64,000 nt of DNA from Laetmonice hystrix (taxonomy: Eukaryota). A program made the position numbers and the translations under genes. The notes under the pieces were generated by a model that had not been told where the DNA came from, ran no database searches, and worked only from the letters and a program-made list of their open reading frames with translations. Shown piece after piece: positions 61,202 through 64,000 of the stretch. Numbering within the stretch: the first letter of the stretch is position 1; every line of letters starts with the position of its first letter. The DNA is taken from contig OZ249436.1 of assembly GCA_965235115.1 (NCBI GenBank), positions 13,456,001 through 13,520,000 of the forward strand, written 5' to 3'.

Positions 61202-64000
61202 TAAATAGTACCAAGACTTAGAGTAAGGTCATCGAACGTTGCTACGGTATACCGAAAACCAATCACTGTCAAGCCCTCAACGAAAGACCTCCCAGCTGTA
61301 ACGAGGTCGTTCCTACTGAGACATTCAAACATGACTGTCGGCTTCCTTATAGGAAAAGCAATACATTCCCCTCATCAAAGATCGAGACTAGGCTAGCCTA
61401 TACCGTAGCATATCATAATAAGAGGACAGCATAATCTTACTTTTATTGATGTAAAGGTTATGCTAAAATATGTGATGATCAAAAGTGATTATTAGTTCCC
61501 TACGATTATAATCTTCGGGAAAATTCGGACCCTAAGTAGCAGGCACGTGTTTTGTGGGAGTTCTTTATGCTACACATACCGCAGTTGTCAAGTAACAGCG
61601 GATGTAATCAGTCATGGCATGCAAAGACGACCCTATCACCAAAGACGGTATACAGTAAGGGGTGGGTGTGGATTCAACAACCAGAAGGGCAATGGACCTG
61701 CCATGAATAGCTATCTATCAAAACACGTTATCTTACGAAAAGATTTCACTATATAACGGTCAAAGTTGATAACGATATAGAGGCCTATAACTCCACGGCA
61801 TATGTACACTTGTATTCAGGAAGGCCTAGGCCTATTCCTTCGGAATATAACCAAATTGATATAACTGAAAGCAAACGGCGGCCAAAGGTAGACTTTCTAT
61901 AGTCTGTCTTTGGAAACATGCACCGTCATATGCCTCTGCCTGCACGTTTGTTCATTACCGGCCGCTGGATCAGTGCAAGTTTCGCAATTTCCTTTAGTAT
62001 ATCCGGTTTGAAAACCACCCAAACATTAAGACAAAGAAATTCAGAAACGGAAAGATAGATTTCCGCTCAGAGGTAATACATTGCATAACTAAATATAGTA
62101 CCTCAACCAAACTAAATTAGAGTGTACTGCCATATAGGCCATGCAAGGTGTTTTCCTTATACCTAAACTCCTGGTATAGAAAGAACTGCCGCACGAATTG
62201 CTCTTGCCTATATACCATAATGAAATGGGAGTAACCGGACATCGTTTATAGAAGCTGCGGTAATAAGGAAGCAAGGCCAATGTATCTGCCACCATAAGAT
62301 TTTCCAAACAAATGTTGCCCAATCACTTCTATAATCCAATTTGCAGGCAGAATTTATAAAAGCGATTCGATTAGCCTAAGATATAGCCCTATAGGCCTAC
62401 TATATACCACGAAACAGGACAGGTGTCCTACAGGAACATATACAATCCTCATAGGCGTCCCCCCCCTTTGGCCAACGGTGCCCTTAAAACTTTCAAGATT
62501 CATTGGCGTACTTTCTTCTGGTAGCTATAATCATAATGTGCTGACCAAGTCCCCCCCCCCCCAAGTCGAATTCGACCCACCCTTTGGAACTTCTGGGGGC
62601 GCCTATGAATGCTTGTCATTGAGATGTAAATCTTGTTCAGGATGGCGTATACATCTTACCCTTTGATCAGTTGCAGTTAGCTAGTTGTACAGTGCCTGAA
62701 GGCTGCCGGAAACCAACGTCTCCCGAGTCCTGATGTGTTCTGTCTGATAGAATCCGTTAAACTCTATCGTACTTTCCGTATTGCACGTCCTCTGGTCTAT
62801 TTCCAACACTTTACTGCGCACTTTAACCTGAAGTACCATAGCTGATGGCTTGCACACTTAGACTAGGCCTATACTATGTAGGCGTACAGCTTGATTGATT
62901 AGGTCTAATCATGATGGCAGACGTCTTTCTCCGACCACTGACTTGTGACAATTTCAGGTCGTAGGATTTTCCGCTGAATTGTATCGTGTATCCTGTATGA
63001 TGGCGCTACACGCGTATTACATATACCTACGCCACAGAACAGTCAAAGATCGAGTCGACTCTTCAGAACTGGCAGAGAGCGTTGCCGTTGTAGTCCTAAC
63101 TCCCGTTACCGCCAACTCACTCTTCAGAGAAGTTCAACGCGCCGTTTGCGGACCTCGTGGTGACCATGCAGTGTCGGAACTGTTTCCACGTCACCAGGCG
63201 TCGCTTCTGTCGCCTGCTCCCGGCCCTAATCACACACAGCCGAAAGCTGTGCACACACAGCAATCCTTCAAAGTGGCCCCTCTCTTCCCCTCGCTTCACC
63301 TCTTGCACCTGACAGGTTCTACGATGCTGGTTTTACTCTTCTACAGTACTGTGACATAATTGTCAATATGAAACGGACAAGTAAGTAATCCTATTAGCAA
63401 ACGCCCTTTTATCGACAACACTGTCGACCTCAGCGACGCTTATCGCCGCGGTAGCGTTCACCTCGGCGGTTAGGGCACAGGGCTACGCCTATAGTTAGAT
63501 AGGCTTACTAATGGGGGAAAGGAGAAACCCGCCCTAGTTAATAGAAAATTGAGAAAAGTCGCTGTTATGGCAATGCCGCTCCCCTATAGAACTAGATGCC
63601 GGGCCACACTTTAATGTTTGATCAAGTGACGGGGCCGTCTTTGGACAGGTCTACAGGTGTAAAAAGTCTCGGTATGTTGAGTGTGCCTGCCGCGTGGGGG
63701 TTGGCGCCTGGGCGGATCCGGGATTTTTGAAAGGGGGGGGGGGGTGTGAGTGGTGAACTGTGCGTTGGGCAAAGTGTGGGTGCAAGCCATTTTTTTTAAA
63801 TGAAACCCCCGGATCCGCCCCTGGTTGGGTGGGGATTGATCTACACTTAGGCCTAGAAGCAGATGGATTTCGGATAGGCCTACTTTGCGCCCCCGAGAGT
63901 CCGACAAACCAGACAAACACTCCTCGAGATAATTCAACTTTCAAGCCACAGCAATACACAGTCACAGGTCACGCATGTCTGAGACGAGGACGGTTACTGG

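Noticed and set aside
62660..63386. Possible PERCC1 non-coding first exon (minus donor at 62659) and a plus-strand exon ending CAA|GTAAGT near 63380
   Set aside because: Isolated splice motifs without transcript evidence.

Overview
Animal genomic DNA, about 39% GC by eye, with GT-AG introns, SINEs and many MITEs; it looks like an invertebrate, possibly lophotrochozoan, but the species cannot be determined. Five protein-coding genes can be reconstructed exon by exon: RSL1D1 (-, 4931-10590) head-to-head with CANT1 (+, 11064-14290); eRF3/GSPT1 (-, 20556-38944, 15 coding exons) head-to-head with LUC7L3 (+, 39917-50921); and a PERCC1 homolog (-, 56432-57355). The standout feature is in the 8.4-kb intron 12 of the eRF3 gene. 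It holds a ~911-bp tandem array plus older flanking copies that together give 16 sense-strand box C/D snoRNA copies of the SNORD1/snR38 family, with a 17th in intron 10. All carry the guide AGTTATCCCTGT-CTGA, complementary to the 28S peptidyl-transferase-centre sequence ACAGGGAUAACU. Most copies are followed ~50-60 nt downstream by a candidate cryptic 3' splice site, suggesting a non-coding, NMD-coupled splicing route that would release one snoRNA per intron. LUC7L3 shows candidate poison-exon, dual 5' splice site and 3'UTR-intron switches consistent with autoregulation. All coordinates were counted by hand and may be off by a few bases.
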